Source: Candidatus Woykebacteria bacterium (GTDB lineage: Bacteria > Patescibacteriota > Microgenomatia > Woykebacterales > RBG-16-39-9b). From it: 64,000 nt of DNA. A program made the translations under genes and the position numbers. The notes under the pieces were generated by a model, which worked only from the letters and a program-made list of their open reading frames with translations, had not been told where the DNA came from and did not search any database. Positions 33,159-42,364 of the stretch are shown one piece after another (position 1 is the stretch's first letter; every line of letters begins with the position of its first letter). The DNA lies in the NCBI GenBank assembly GCA_040876345.1, contig JBBDPM010000001.1:33619-97618 (forward strand), given 5' to 3'.

Positions 33159-33665
33159 ATGATGGACAAAAATACACTTGTTATTGAAAGAATTTTTGAC
33201 GCCCCTGTTGAGAGTGTTTGGAAATACTGGACAGACTCTGAGATGCTTAAAAAATGGTGGGGGCCGAAAAATTTCACTGCGCCAGTGGTCAATATTGATT
33301 TTCGTGTTGGGGGAAAATACTTAAGCTGCATGCGTGGAGCGCCAGCCGAAGGCGCACCCGCTCAGGACTTTTGGTCAACTGGAACCTACAAAGAAATCAC
33401 CCCGCTGAAGAAAATTGTCGCAACAGATAGTTTTGCCGATGAAAAGGGCAGTATTGTTCCATCATCTCACTACGGCATGGAAGGTTTCCCAATGGAAATG
33501 CTTGTGACATTTGAATTTGAAGAATATCCGCCAGATGGTGGAGGCAAGACAAAGTTGACATTAACCCACGTGGGTATCGAAAATATTCCTGACGAGGCCC
33601 GTGAGGGTATGGATCAAGGTTGGAATGAAAGCTTTGACAAGATTGAAAGGGCCTTGCAAAAATAA
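33159..33665 (+). CDS. SRPBCC (AHSA1-like) protein
   Basis: IERIFDAPVESVW, DFRVGG, GWNESFDK. Confidence 0.9.
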   Translation: MMDKNTLVIERIFDAPVESVWKYWTDSEMLKKWWGPKNFTAPVVNIDFRVGGKYLSCMRGAPAEGAPAQDFWSTGTYKEITPLKKIVATDSFADEKGSIVPSSHYGMEGFPMEMLVTFEFEEYPPDGGGKTKLTLTHVGIENIPDEAREGMDQGWNESFDKIERALQK

Positions 33666-33670
33666 GATAG

Positions 33671-33686
33671 TCCGCCAACTGGCGGA
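33671..33686. repeat. Mini palindrome TCCGCCA-ac-TGGCGGA
   Basis: Intergenic palindrome; related copy inside the CDS at 33527-33542. Confidence 0.5.
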
Positions 33687-33697
33687 GAAAGGAAACT

Positions 33698-34207
33698 ATG
33701 CAAAAAATTACCCCATTCTTGTGGTTTGATAAGAATGCCGAAGAAGCAATAAAGTTTTATATTTCAGTCTTTAATGCCGCTCCATGGGGTGGCAAGAACT
33801 CAAAAATAATACACATCGAACGCTACCCAGAAGGAAAACAGATAGGTTCAATGAAAGATATGGAGGGTAAAGTGCTAACGGCTATATTTGAGCTTGCAGG
33901 TCAAAGATTTATGGCACTTGACGGAGGACCAATACTCAAATTTAACGAATCAATATCCTTTTATGTAGAATGCGCCGATCAAGAGGAGGTGGATTATTTT
34001 TGGGGGAAATTCTCCGCCGTTCCCGAATCCGAACAATGTGGGTGGCTCAAGGATAAATTCAGTCTGTCGTGGCAGATTGTTCCCAAACAACTTGGCGAAC
34101 TACTAACTGGCCCGGATAAAGAAAAGGCCGGAAGAGTAATGGACGCAATGCTGCAAATGAAGAAAATTGATATTGCGGGTTTGGAAAAAGCCTTTGAGGG
34201 AAAATAA
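33698..34207 (+). CDS. VOC family protein (PhnB / 3-demethylubiquinone-9 methyltransferase-like)
   Basis: QKITPFLWF, QCGWLKDKF.LSWQIVP. Confidence 0.9.
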   Translation: MQKITPFLWFDKNAEEAIKFYISVFNAAPWGGKNSKIIHIERYPEGKQIGSMKDMEGKVLTAIFELAGQRFMALDGGPILKFNESISFYVECADQEEVDYFWGKFSAVPESEQCGWLKDKFSLSWQIVPKQLGELLTGPDKEKAGRVMDAMLQMKKIDIAGLEKAFEGK

Positions 34208-34809
34208 TGAGAAAAATTGTTGTTCTTACATTTTTAACTCTGGATAGCGTTATGCAAGCTCCTGGTGGCCCGGAGGAAGACACGAGTGGTGGATTCAAGT
34301 ACGGTGGCTGGACAGTCTCCTACTCTGATGATTTTCTTGGCGAAGTGATGACTGAGCAAATGAGCAAACCATTTGAATTATTACTCGGCAGAAAAACATT
34401 TGAGATATTTGCAGACTATTGGCCAGATCATGAAGACGACTGGCCTGGTGTGAATAAAACAACAAAATATGTTGTTTCGCACAATGACATAAAACTTCCT
34501 TGGGAAAATTCGGTTTTAATCAAAGACGACGTTGTTTCCGAAATCAAAAAACTAAAAGAAGAGGACGGTCCAGACCTGCAAGTATACGGCAGTGGCAATC
34601 TCGTTCAGACATTGTTGAAACATGATTTGGTAGACCAGTTTTGGCTCAAAACATTTCCAATAACCCTTGGTTCGGGAAAGCGTTTGTTTGGCGAGGGTAC
34701 TGTCCCTGCCGCTTTTAAACTGCTTGAGTCGAAAACTTCTCCTAACGGTGTCGTCATTGCTAATTACGCCCGAGACGGTGAAGTCAAAAATGGCTCTTTC
34801 GGCAACTGA
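34207..34809 (+). CDS. Dihydrofolate reductase / RibD C-terminal domain protein
   Basis: LLGRKTFE, YGSGNLVQTL, GSGKRLF. Confidence 0.9.
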   Translation: MRKIVVLTFLTLDSVMQAPGGPEEDTSGGFKYGGWTVSYSDDFLGEVMTEQMSKPFELLLGRKTFEIFADYWPDHEDDWPGVNKTTKYVVSHNDIKLPWENSVLIKDDVVSEIKKLKEEDGPDLQVYGSGNLVQTLLKHDLVDQFWLKTFPITLGSGKRLFGEGTVPAAFKLLESKTSPNGVVIANYARDGEVKNGSFGN

Positions 34810-34851
34810 GAAAAAACAAAGGAGCTATCCAATTGGAGGAGGTGAAATTAA

Positions 34852-35259
34852 ATGAAAAAAAGTCCTGTTACCCATTTTGAAATGCCTTACAAAGACGGCA
34901 GGAGAGTCAGCGAATTTTATTCCAAAGTTTTTGGTTGGGGAATGAGCGAAACTGGGGAGGAAATGGGCCATTATATACTGGCAACTACTACCGAAACAGA
35001 CGAGAATCGTATGGTGCAGACTCCAGGAAATATAAACGGCGGCTTCTACGATTTGAAGCAAACTCCCGGTTCGACCGAGCCATCAGTCGTGATCGAAGTT
35101 GAGGATCTTGAGCAAAGCATGGAGTCTATCAAACGCTCTGGTGGTGAAATACTTGGTGAGCCTCAAGATATCCCCGGTGTTGGACTGTGGGTTTCCTTTC
35201 GAGACAGTGAAGGCACTCGGGTCAGTATCTTGCAGCCAAAACAGGAAGGTGGATCATGA
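34852..35259 (+). CDS. VOC/glyoxalase family protein
   Basis: VTHFE, FYSKVFGW, INGG, FRDSEG. Confidence 0.88.
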   Translation: MKKSPVTHFEMPYKDGRRVSEFYSKVFGWGMSETGEEMGHYILATTTETDENRMVQTPGNINGGFYDLKQTPGSTEPSVVIEVEDLEQSMESIKRSGGEILGEPQDIPGVGLWVSFRDSEGTRVSILQPKQEGGS

Positions 35260-35708
35260 AAAAACTTCATTACTAAATCAAGATAATTGCTCCGGCGGAA
35301 AAAGTCTGGGATAGTATGCTTTCTGATCAAACTTTTCGCGAGTGGACCAAGACGTTTAGTCCTGATCCACATTTCGTAGGTAGTTGGGAGGAGGATTCTG
35401 AAATCCGCTTTTTGGGCTCTGATCCCAAGACTGGTGAGCAGGGCGGAATGTTTAGTCGGATCAGGGAGAATAAAAAATATGAGTATCTGTCTATAGAACA
35501 TCAGGTAATTATTGAGAATGGCCAGGTGGATACGACAAGCGAAAAAGCCAAGAAATGGGCACCATCATACGAAAACTACACTTTCAAAGAAGAGAATGGT
35601 AGCATAGAAGTTACAGTTGATGTAGACGTTGATGAAGAAATTATTTCTGATTTTGAAAAAATGTGGCCCGCTGCCCTAGCAAAATTAAAAGAAATATCCG
35701 AAAAATAA
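35256..35708 (+). pseudogene. SRPBCC protein with an in-frame nonsense codon
   Basis: MKKLHY*IKIIAPAEKVWDSML...; TAA at 35274-35276 in frame with ORF 35316-35708. Confidence 0.75.
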
Positions 35709-36082
35709 TGGACAGTAGAAAAGCAAAAGACATCGATGAATATATAAGTGCCTTTTCCAAGGATCTACGGACTATCCTGCAACAAGTTAGACAAACTATT
35801 CAAAAAGCAGCCCCAGAAGCCAAAGAAAAAATTGGTTATGGTATTCCAACCTTTACCTTTCATGGCAATTTAGTCCATTTTGCTGCCTTTGAACATCATA
35901 TCGGTTTTTACCCCGCCCCATCAGCTATAGTCACTTTCAAGAAAGAGCTCGCTCCCTACAAACAAGCCAAAGGCTCAGTCCAGTTCCCCCTGGATAAACC
36001 AATCCCGTTTGATTTGATAACTAAAATGGTGAGGTACAGAGTGGAAGAAAACTCCGAGCGAAAGAGTGGCTATTTAAAATAA
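35708..36082 (+). CDS. DUF1801 (YdhG-like) protein
   Basis: IDEYI, EKIGYGIPTF, HIGFYP, KGSVQFP. Confidence 0.88.
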   Translation: MDSRKAKDIDEYISAFSKDLRTILQQVRQTIQKAAPEAKEKIGYGIPTFTFHGNLVHFAAFEHHIGFYPAPSAIVTFKKELAPYKQAKGSVQFPLDKPIPFDLITKMVRYRVEENSERKSGYLK

Positions 36083-36126
36083 CTAACTTCATTGCTTTTA
36101 CAGCAGTGATCAAATAAACTTTTCTT

Positions 36127-36594
36127 ATGAGTTCCGGAGAGTCTGAAGGTTTTCCAACAGAGGGAATGGAGACCGAAATCCCCCAAGAAACAGCTGAACC
36201 AGTTACTGACAGCGAACGACTTAGACAGGGGGAATCTGTACAGTTAACTGGCGGTAATATCAAAACTGTTTATCGAGAAGTAAACACAGGCCAGCCCCCG
36301 TTTCAAGCAAAATTTATTCGTGATGGAGATAATATTTGGATAGGTCCTCTGGGTAAAAATCATGATGAAATAGCCAAGGATATAGGTTTAAGAAATCCTG
36401 TCGATGCGGGGTTTTTTGACACCGTCTCTGGTAGGGATACTGTTTCATTATTGGGTGTCTCCCAAGGATATGAGTTACCCCAAAACCTTGGAGATAGAAG
36501 AAGAACAATCGAACTTATGAGAGAAATGGTGAAAGGTCAAAGCCTGCGTGTTGATGATAGCCGGAGCTTTGAAAATCTAGTTTATCTAAAGTAA
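36127..36594 (+). CDS. Hypothetical protein
   Basis: 155 aa ORF with acidic N-terminus. Confidence 0.6.
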   Translation: MSSGESEGFPTEGMETEIPQETAEPVTDSERLRQGESVQLTGGNIKTVYREVNTGQPPFQAKFIRDGDNIWIGPLGKNHDEIAKDIGLRNPVDAGFFDTVSGRDTVSLLGVSQGYELPQNLGDRRRTIELMREMVKGQSLRVDDSRSFENLVYLK

Positions 36595-36603
36595 TTCACT
36601 CCA

Positions 36604-36819
36604 ATGAAACAAGAACACATTAAATATCACAAAGACGGGAGCATTTGGGCCAAGGGCCAATTAGTTGTTGGGGTGATGGAGGGATATTGGGAATGGTTCC
36701 GTAAGGAAGGCACCAAAATGCGTTCAGGACATTTTGAAAAAGGAAAGCAAACCGGCGAATGGATCACGTACGACAAGAATGGTGATGTGTACAAGAAAAC
36801 TTTGATAAGTAAAGAATAA
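36604..36819 (+). CDS. Small MORN-variant repeat protein
   Basis: YHKDG...G.WEWF..G.F.KG...GEW.TYD..G. Confidence 0.75.
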   Translation: MKQEHIKYHKDGSIWAKGQLVVGVMEGYWEWFRKEGTKMRSGHFEKGKQTGEWITYDKNGDVYKKTLISKE

Positions 36820-36821
36820 AA

Positions 36822-37199
36822 ATGAATTTACAGGATTGGGCAATAATTTCTGATATATTCAACAAGGTAGCTATAGGTATAGCAGCATTAATTACGGCTT
36901 ATTTTGGAAGTGCTTATTTTATAGAAGAGCTATCTAGAAAAAGAAGCATAGAGTACTACAGAAAAAAATACCCACCAGAAAAATACAAAAAAACGTTCAA
37001 AATAATTGAGAGCGAAAAAGACCGAGGGGCAATATTTCTTTTAGATTTAGAAAGTCTGCATAAGCATCACATTTGGAATATGAAAACCGTTTATGATTTG
37101 GGTTGGCAGCTTTATGAACGAGAAGCGTTACCAAAGGAAAAATTTCTTTCATATTTACTCGGAGACCCCATCCGTACTAGAGGGGATTTGGGTGAGTAA
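36822..37199 (+). CDS. Hypothetical membrane-anchored protein
   Basis: 125 aa with one TM segment. Confidence 0.65.
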   Translation: MNLQDWAIISDIFNKVAIGIAALITAYFGSAYFIEELSRKRSIEYYRKKYPPEKYKKTFKIIESEKDRGAIFLLDLESLHKHHIWNMKTVYDLGWQLYEREALPKEKFLSYLLGDPIRTRGDLGE

Positions 37200-37270
37200 G
37201 GTTTGAAAGGAGAACTAAATGAGAAAAATTGTTATGTTTAATCCGGTGTCAGGTGACGAGCCTAAAACTT

Positions 37271-37300
37271 TGGCCAATCCTTTTGGACGATTTGAGGAAC
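37271..37300 (-). repeat. Inverted copy of the array repeat
   Basis: tggccaatccttttggacgatttgaggaac = WPILLDDLRN on the + strand. Confidence 0.7.
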
Positions 37301-37308
37301 CCCAAGTG

Positions 37309-37533
37309 CTATAGTTGCAGAAGTTTTAAAACCTCATACACTAAAACTGCTGGCCAAAAGATAGCCTTTACAATTCCCAGTATTACAGCCCAAAAAGAAT
37401 CAGCTCTCTGTAAGAAATAAACGAGAGCTCCGATAATACCCAAACCATAAATAGCCCCCGAACCGCCGTTGTTCACTACCTTCTCGACATGTTGATATTT
37501 GAATAAACTATCTCCGTTTGCCAAAGCAACCAC
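37309..37533 (-). CDS. Small membrane protein
   Basis: GAIYGLGIIGA...KAIFWPA; AGGAGG Shine-Dalgarno. Confidence 0.7.
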   Translation of the reverse strand: MVALANGDSLFKYQHVEKVVNNGGSGAIYGLGIIGALVYFLQRADSFWAVILGIVKAIFWPAVLVYEVLKLLQL

Positions 37534-37655
37534 CTCCTTTACTTCAAATAATACACCAAAAATGCTAGAATATCACTATAAAGACGATCGAAGCTGCGGG
37601 GAGTAGTATAAGCAGAGCTTGAATTTTGCTTAGCAAAAAGTAGTGGTAATAATAG

Positions 37656-37730
37656 CGGGGTGTAGTTCATTGGTAGAACGCGGGGCTGGGGGTCCTGATG
37701 CAGGAGGTTCGATTCCTCTCACCCCGACCA
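37656..37730 (+). tRNA. tRNA-Pro (anticodon GGG) with encoded CCA
   Basis: Hand-folded cloverleaf: acceptor CGGGGTG/CACCCCG, D-arm GTTC/GAAC, anticodon loop CTGGGGG, T-arm GGAGG-TTCGATT-CCTCT, then ACCA. Confidence 0.95.
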
Positions 37731-37826
37731 AGGCTATTGATTTCGGAACGTCTTCAAACCCTCAGGAGAATCGAACCTCAAAACGAACTTGACAAAAGTT
37801 TGAGCGATAGTTAATCTTTAAATAGA

Positions 37827-38150
37827 GTGAGACGCCTACTTATCTACACCGTCTTTTTAGTAATTGCAGTCGTTATTACAGTTGCCACAACAGTTCTTCA
37901 ATCAAGACCATATCCTACACAACAAATACCAGACGCAGATTTTCTATATGTCTCTGGTTACCCATTACATTACTTAATTACTGGCTTTGCTGGGTTTGAA
38001 GAAAAACTTCAGTTCCCCAACCCAAATTTTGCTTGGAAAACTGAAATACTTTGGGGTCATTTGGCTATAGACATTCTTTTCTGGTTCCTAATAATAGTTA
38101 TGCTAGCCAAAGCTTGGGACTTGGTGAAACAGAGCGAAAAGAAATCCTAA
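37827..38150 (+). CDS. Membrane protein (cassette 1)
   Basis: Two TM segments, GYP motif. Confidence 0.65.
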   Translation: MRRLLIYTVFLVIAVVITVATTVLQSRPYPTQQIPDADFLYVSGYPLHYLITGFAGFEEKLQFPNPNFAWKTEILWGHLAIDILFWFLIIVMLAKAWDLVKQSEKKS

Positions 38151-38248
38151 CCTGCAAAGTTTAAAAATCTCCCTAAATTTGTAATACTAAAATCAAATGA
38201 GTTCATCTGAATCCAGAGGTTCCTGATATCGTCCAACAAGGCCGACCA
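38147..38248 (+). repeat. Array repeat 1
   Basis: Minus strand reads WSALLDDIRNLWIQMNSFDFSITNLGRFLNFAG*. Confidence 0.9.
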
Positions 38249-38295
38249 ATATTTTTGAACCTAACACACCCTTTGACCCTAAAATTCAATCGAAC

Positions 38296-39221
38296 TTAAC
38301 CCGGCCAAACTTTCAGGTTTTCAGCGTAATCTTTCATTGCTTTTTCAATTGTGAATTCTGGAAAATAATTAAGCTCTGCCTCAGCCTTTGATATATCAAG
38401 TGGGGTGGTTCGTACGGACTGAACTCTTTCTTCACCTAAATCTATGTCAGTTAACTTAACCTCTATGTTAAAGAGGTTCTTCGCACTACGAGCAATGTCT
38501 TCATAAGAAGTTAGTGTCCCAGCACCAACGTTAAAATTTTTTTTTTAATACTTGAACTAGTCACCGCATTTATTATTGCCACTGCTAAGTCTTTCACGTA
38601 AAGTTGCTCACTTTTTTCTGCAAACGGTACTGCCATTTCAAACTCTTTTCCTTCTATTCCAGCTTTTACAATATCGCGGATAATCTCGTTAAAAGTGGAA
38701 GCAGAACCAAGCCAAGGGCCGTAAACTGAAGTTAAACGTAAAATAACTGCTTTGTCGTAAGGTGTTATAAGTTTTTCTGCTTTTAGTTTTGTCTGTGCAT
38801 ATAAAGTTTTTGGTTCTAAGTGAGTTTCTTCCGTAATTGAGGTAGCTGACTCCAAAGCAGTGCCATAAATTGAGTCTGAACTTGTGTAAACTAAAGGAAT
38901 ATTCGCTTGAGAAGATACTTCGACGACTAATTTCGTCCCTTCGACATTAACCAAACTACCTCGAACAGGGTCTGCTTTTACTGCTCTTTGTCTCAGTGCT
39001 GCCGTATGAACAATAACATCAGGAACAAAATCTTTAACTGCTTTTTCAAAATCTTTTTTGTCGGTTATATCTCCAACAATAACTTTATAACTATTCCAAA
39101 CACTTTTAATAGACTTTTCATCAGGATTTACTTCAAAAAGAATTGGAGAAAATCCTTGTTTTTCCGCTTCTAACGCTGAATAAGTTCCGGCTAAACCGCC
39201 ACCGGTAATTAGTACCTTCAT
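38296..39221 (-). pseudogene. NAD-dependent epimerase/dehydratase frameshifted at an A10 run
   Basis: ITGGG.AG, YAQTK; after the run at 38537-38546 the -1 frame continues FNVGAG...LDISKAEAELNYFP...WPG*. Confidence 0.8.
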
Positions 39222-39258
39222 AGCTGTCATTCTAACAGCTTTGTTGTAATATAAAAAA

Positions 39259-40284
39259 GTGAACAAAGCATTTATCTATGGAGCAAGAACCTTAGAAAAA
39301 TATACTGATAGAATATTGGTAAAAGGTTTAAAGAATAATTCTTGGGAAATTTCAGAAGAAGCAGAAAATATCGTTTATCAAATCCACGGAGCACCTCAGT
39401 CAGAGGAAGACGACAAGTTAATTCTTGATAATATTAAGCGAAATATTGTTAAAAACGATTCAACCAAGAGAATTATTCTTGTCCACCGTCCCGATGAAAT
39501 ACAACTTCGATTTCCAGAATTAAAAGATATTTTACAAACAGCTCAGAAACCAATCGGACTCACTTTTTTGGGAGATATGCATGTTAATGACAGTTTCTTT
39601 GGTGCTGAAAACCTAATAAAAAGAGTTATTCCCCACGGGTTTTTCGCAATTTCAGAAAAATTACAAATAGAACCATTAGTCGTCGGCAGTCACACTACTT
39701 GGGGAGAAATGCGATCTATCGAGCACATTTTTAAACTTCTAGTCGAAGTGTTCAGGAAAAATAGTTCTATCATCGGTTATGTTGGTGGTAAACCAAAAGA
39801 CCAATTAGAAGAAGGTTACCTAAAAACTGAATGGGCAAAATTAAACCCCAATGTTCAAGCAACATTCTTTGATGCCCATAAAGATAACTTCGACCTATCG
39901 AAGAAAAATGTAATTTTTGTTGATTCAGACAATGTTGAGCCCGAAAACTTTGGTTTATCGTTTAATGTCCAGATGTATTACTTGAATGACTCAGTAAGAA
40001 CTGGGGAAAGTTCAGGTTCTGTTCATTCTAGTGTTGGTGTACCAGTTATTCTGGAAATGAATGGTTCTGAAATTATCGAAGATGTGAAAGTAATAAAAGT
40101 CCCTTACAGTTCAAAAGAAGATATACACTCGATTGATTTTAAAGCTGGAGCAGACTTGATACTTAAATCGATTGAAGATAGTAGTTATCAGGAAATGCTA
40201 AAACACAATTTAGAGCAATCCAAGAAATTTAATTCTACTTTTGTTGGTAGTGAGTACGTTAAATTGTTTCAAGAGTTGGGTTAA
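39259..40284 (+). CDS. Hypothetical protein, possibly glycosyltransferase-like
   Basis: 341 aa; VIPHG and ESSGS motifs weakly recall GT-B enzymes; divergent from the epimerase. Confidence 0.6.
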   Translation: MNKAFIYGARTLEKYTDRILVKGLKNNSWEISEEAENIVYQIHGAPQSEEDDKLILDNIKRNIVKNDSTKRIILVHRPDEIQLRFPELKDILQTAQKPIGLTFLGDMHVNDSFFGAENLIKRVIPHGFFAISEKLQIEPLVVGSHTTWGEMRSIEHIFKLLVEVFRKNSSIIGYVGGKPKDQLEEGYLKTEWAKLNPNVQATFFDAHKDNFDLSKKNVIFVDSDNVEPENFGLSFNVQMYYLNDSVRTGESSGSVHSSVGVPVILEMNGSEIIEDVKVIKVPYSSKEDIHSIDFKAGADLILKSIEDSSYQEMLKHNLEQSKKFNSTFVGSEYVKLFQELG

Positions 40285-40399
40285 AAAACCTAGTTAAGTT
40301 TGTTGAGCTAAAGTTGAAGGAGTTTATCTGAGGCCAGAGGTTCCTGATATCGCCTGCCACGCATAGTTTCAACGAAGTGTGGTCCAACAAGGCCGACCA
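40259..40399 (+). repeat. Array repeat 2 with an in-frame 30 bp insert
   Basis: Minus strand reads WSALLD[HTSLKLCVAG]DIRNLWPQINSFNFSSTNLTRFFNPTLETI*. Confidence 0.9.
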
Positions 40400-40443
40400 A
40401 TGTTTTTTGAACCTAAAATTTTATCGGGCCTCTGAGGCAAAAG

Positions 40444-40923
40444 TTATGCGTCTTTGAGATTTTCTAAAACTTTTTTAACATCTCCGGTAATCATTACCCA
40501 ATTTTCTATTTCTTCAAACCCAAGCTTTTGGTACCATTTTAATGGGTGTTCGTGTACCCGATGAGTATAAGTATCCCAAGTCACTACTCCATATTTTTCT
40601 TGAGCTTCGGTAAAGAGCTGTTTTATTAACTTCTTTCCCAAGCCTAAATGTTGATAACTCGGATGAATAAATAACTCCCCTTCAATTAAGTGATTGCCAT
40701 CCCACCAAGGGCGAACGCTTGCAACGATTGCTCCTACTGCTTTTCCGTCTACTTCCAAAACAAAAAATAAATCAGACTGGTCTTCAAACATATATTTCAT
40801 TAACTCTAAAGCACTAGAAACATCCCAAGTCTCACCAATATCAATAGAGTTATAAGCTTCTATATAAACTTGGGCTAAAGTTTTTAGGTCTTCTTCTTTT
40901 GCTAGTCTAAAATTAGTATTCAT
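40444..40923 (-). CDS. GNAT family acetyltransferase
   Basis: LFIHPSYQHLGLGKKL, WYQKLGF. Confidence 0.9.
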   Translation of the reverse strand: MNTNFRLAKEEDLKTLAQVYIEAYNSIDIGETWDVSSALELMKYMFEDQSDLFFVLEVDGKAVGAIVASVRPWWDGNHLIEGELFIHPSYQHLGLGKKLIKQLFTEAQEKYGVVTWDTYTHRVHEHPLKWYQKLGFEEIENWVMITGDVKKVLENLKDA

Positions 40924-41009
40924 AGCTGCCATTCTAGCACTTTTTTGAGAGCTAGATCAAAAAAAGTGCTGCGCAAGCTAAGCATTTTTGGTGTAAGATA
41001 CAACCAATG
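40921..41009. promoter_or_regulatory. Shared bidirectional -10 module with a hairpin insert
   Basis: catagctgccattctagc[insert]atttttggtgtaagatacaaccaatg. Confidence 0.65.
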
Positions 41010-41297
41010 ATAATTCATATTGCTTTATTTAAATTTAAGCCGGAAGTTTCAAAAGAAGAAGCTGATGATGCGCTAAATGAAGTTAGAGATTTAAAGATTA
41101 AGATTCCACAAATAATTGAAATCTATACCGGAGAAAATTTCTCCAAACACTCAAAAGGTTTCACCCATGCCATAGTCGTAAAATTCAACTCGGGGGAAGA
41201 TATAGATGCTTACAGGGCTCATCCAGCACATAAACCAATCGCTGATAAATTAGATTCGATGGAAGAGGACTCTATCGGAATAGATTTTGAAGTATGA
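41007..41297 (+). CDS. Dabb (stress-responsive alpha/beta barrel) protein
   Basis: HIALFKFK, GFTHA, Y..HPAH. Confidence 0.9.
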   Translation: MIIHIALFKFKPEVSKEEADDALNEVRDLKIKIPQIIEIYTGENFSKHSKGFTHAIVVKFNSGEDIDAYRAHPAHKPIADKLDSMEEDSIGIDFEV

Positions 41298-41833
41298 AAA
41301 TAATGCTACTTGGTAGTTTACCAAAAGGCGACGAGGCGAGAAGAAGTTTCATTGATTGGAAAAAAGATTACGAAGAGAAAATACTCAAAGAAATTCCTGA
41401 TGCTCAAATAGTTCATGGGGATTTAATAAGTGACAAAGAAGGGCCAGAAATTGTTGTTGGCCACGATTTGTGGCTCGTTAAGCACTCTGATGTAATAATT
41501 GTTGATGCAAGAGCCAAAATAGGGGCGGGGACTGCTCAAGAGATGGTTCTAGCAAAATACTTTAAGAAAGCTGTAATTTCAATCCTTCCTAAGAACACTC
41601 ACCACCGCCGTTCAAACGTCATCTTCCATGGAGAAACAGTTGAGGACTGGATTCATCCATTCCTCTATATTTGTTCAGATTTTATTTCTGAAACAATAGA
41701 GGAAGCTATCAAACGGATAAAGGGCTCCTCAGGCAAAAACGTTAAAGATTTTTCCGTCTTCGAGAAAGAGATTAAAACTTTTGAAACTAAACTTCCCGAC
41801 GTTGTAAAAGAATACTTGAAAAGAGGCTGGTAA
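41294..41833 (+). CDS. Hypothetical protein, nucleoside 2-deoxyribosyltransferase-like fold
   Basis: DLWLVKHSDVIIV...GTAQEM pattern. Confidence 0.55.
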   Translation: MKIMLLGSLPKGDEARRSFIDWKKDYEEKILKEIPDAQIVHGDLISDKEGPEIVVGHDLWLVKHSDVIIVDARAKIGAGTAQEMVLAKYFKKAVISILPKNTHHRRSNVIFHGETVEDWIHPFLYICSDFISETIEEAIKRIKGSSGKNVKDFSVFEKEIKTFETKLPDVVKEYLKRGW

Positions 41834-41839
41834 GCTCTT

Positions 41840-42340
41840 ATGAAATATCAAGAGAAAAAATATCGAGTAGATTCGTTTACTAAAATTTGGAGAATATTAG
41901 AAGAAGCAGGTGCGAAAAAGAAATCAAAAGTCCTTTCAACTCACTATTATGCACAACAAGAAGGCAATAACATTATAAAACTTGTCCAATACGAAAACAA
42001 AAACGAAATACATCTACTCCAAGAGTCACAAGGTAAATATTCTCTAAAGGAAAAAATCCCTGTAGAAACCACCGATGCTGGCCTAAAACGGCTTAAAGAC
42101 GAAGGCTATAAGGCAGTTGAGGTTGTAAAAATGGTTAATACTGATTACGAATATAAAGGCGGAATTGTAGGACTTTACCTAATAAACAACTTTCTTCATT
42201 CGGTAATTCTAGATTTTCCAGAAGGTCACCACGAAACGCTAGAAAAGGAATTTGGTTTAGAGACTGCAGAAGTCATTAGTGTTCCCTATAATAAATACCT
42301 TGAGCAGATTGGCAAACTCCAATCAATAAAACTAAAGTAA
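41840..42340 (+). CDS. Hypothetical protein, CYTH-like
   Basis: N-terminal EKKY, C-terminal PY. Confidence 0.5.
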   Translation: MKYQEKKYRVDSFTKIWRILEEAGAKKKSKVLSTHYYAQQEGNNIIKLVQYENKNEIHLLQESQGKYSLKEKIPVETTDAGLKRLKDEGYKAVEVVKMVNTDYEYKGGIVGLYLINNFLHSVILDFPEGHHETLEKEFGLETAEVISVPYNKYLEQIGKLQSIKLK

Positions 42341-42364
42341 TACTTTAGTGGTAAAATCCAAGCT

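Noticed and set aside
35274-35276. Stop-codon recoding or an alternative genetic code
   Set aside because: A single TAA case. TAA, TAG and TGA all terminate conserved core genes (fusA and rplE end in TGA).
37595-37655. Possible degenerate tRNA 5' half (gcggggagtagtataa...tagtggtaat)
   Set aside because: No anticodon arm, T arm or matching acceptor strand; more simply the tRNA promoter region with a small hairpin.
38213-38248. Repeats as extra tRNA genes or plain duplicated tRNA 3' halves
   Set aside because: Only GAGGTTC and CCGACCA are shared with the tRNA. No cloverleaf forms, and the rest varies like coding sequence.
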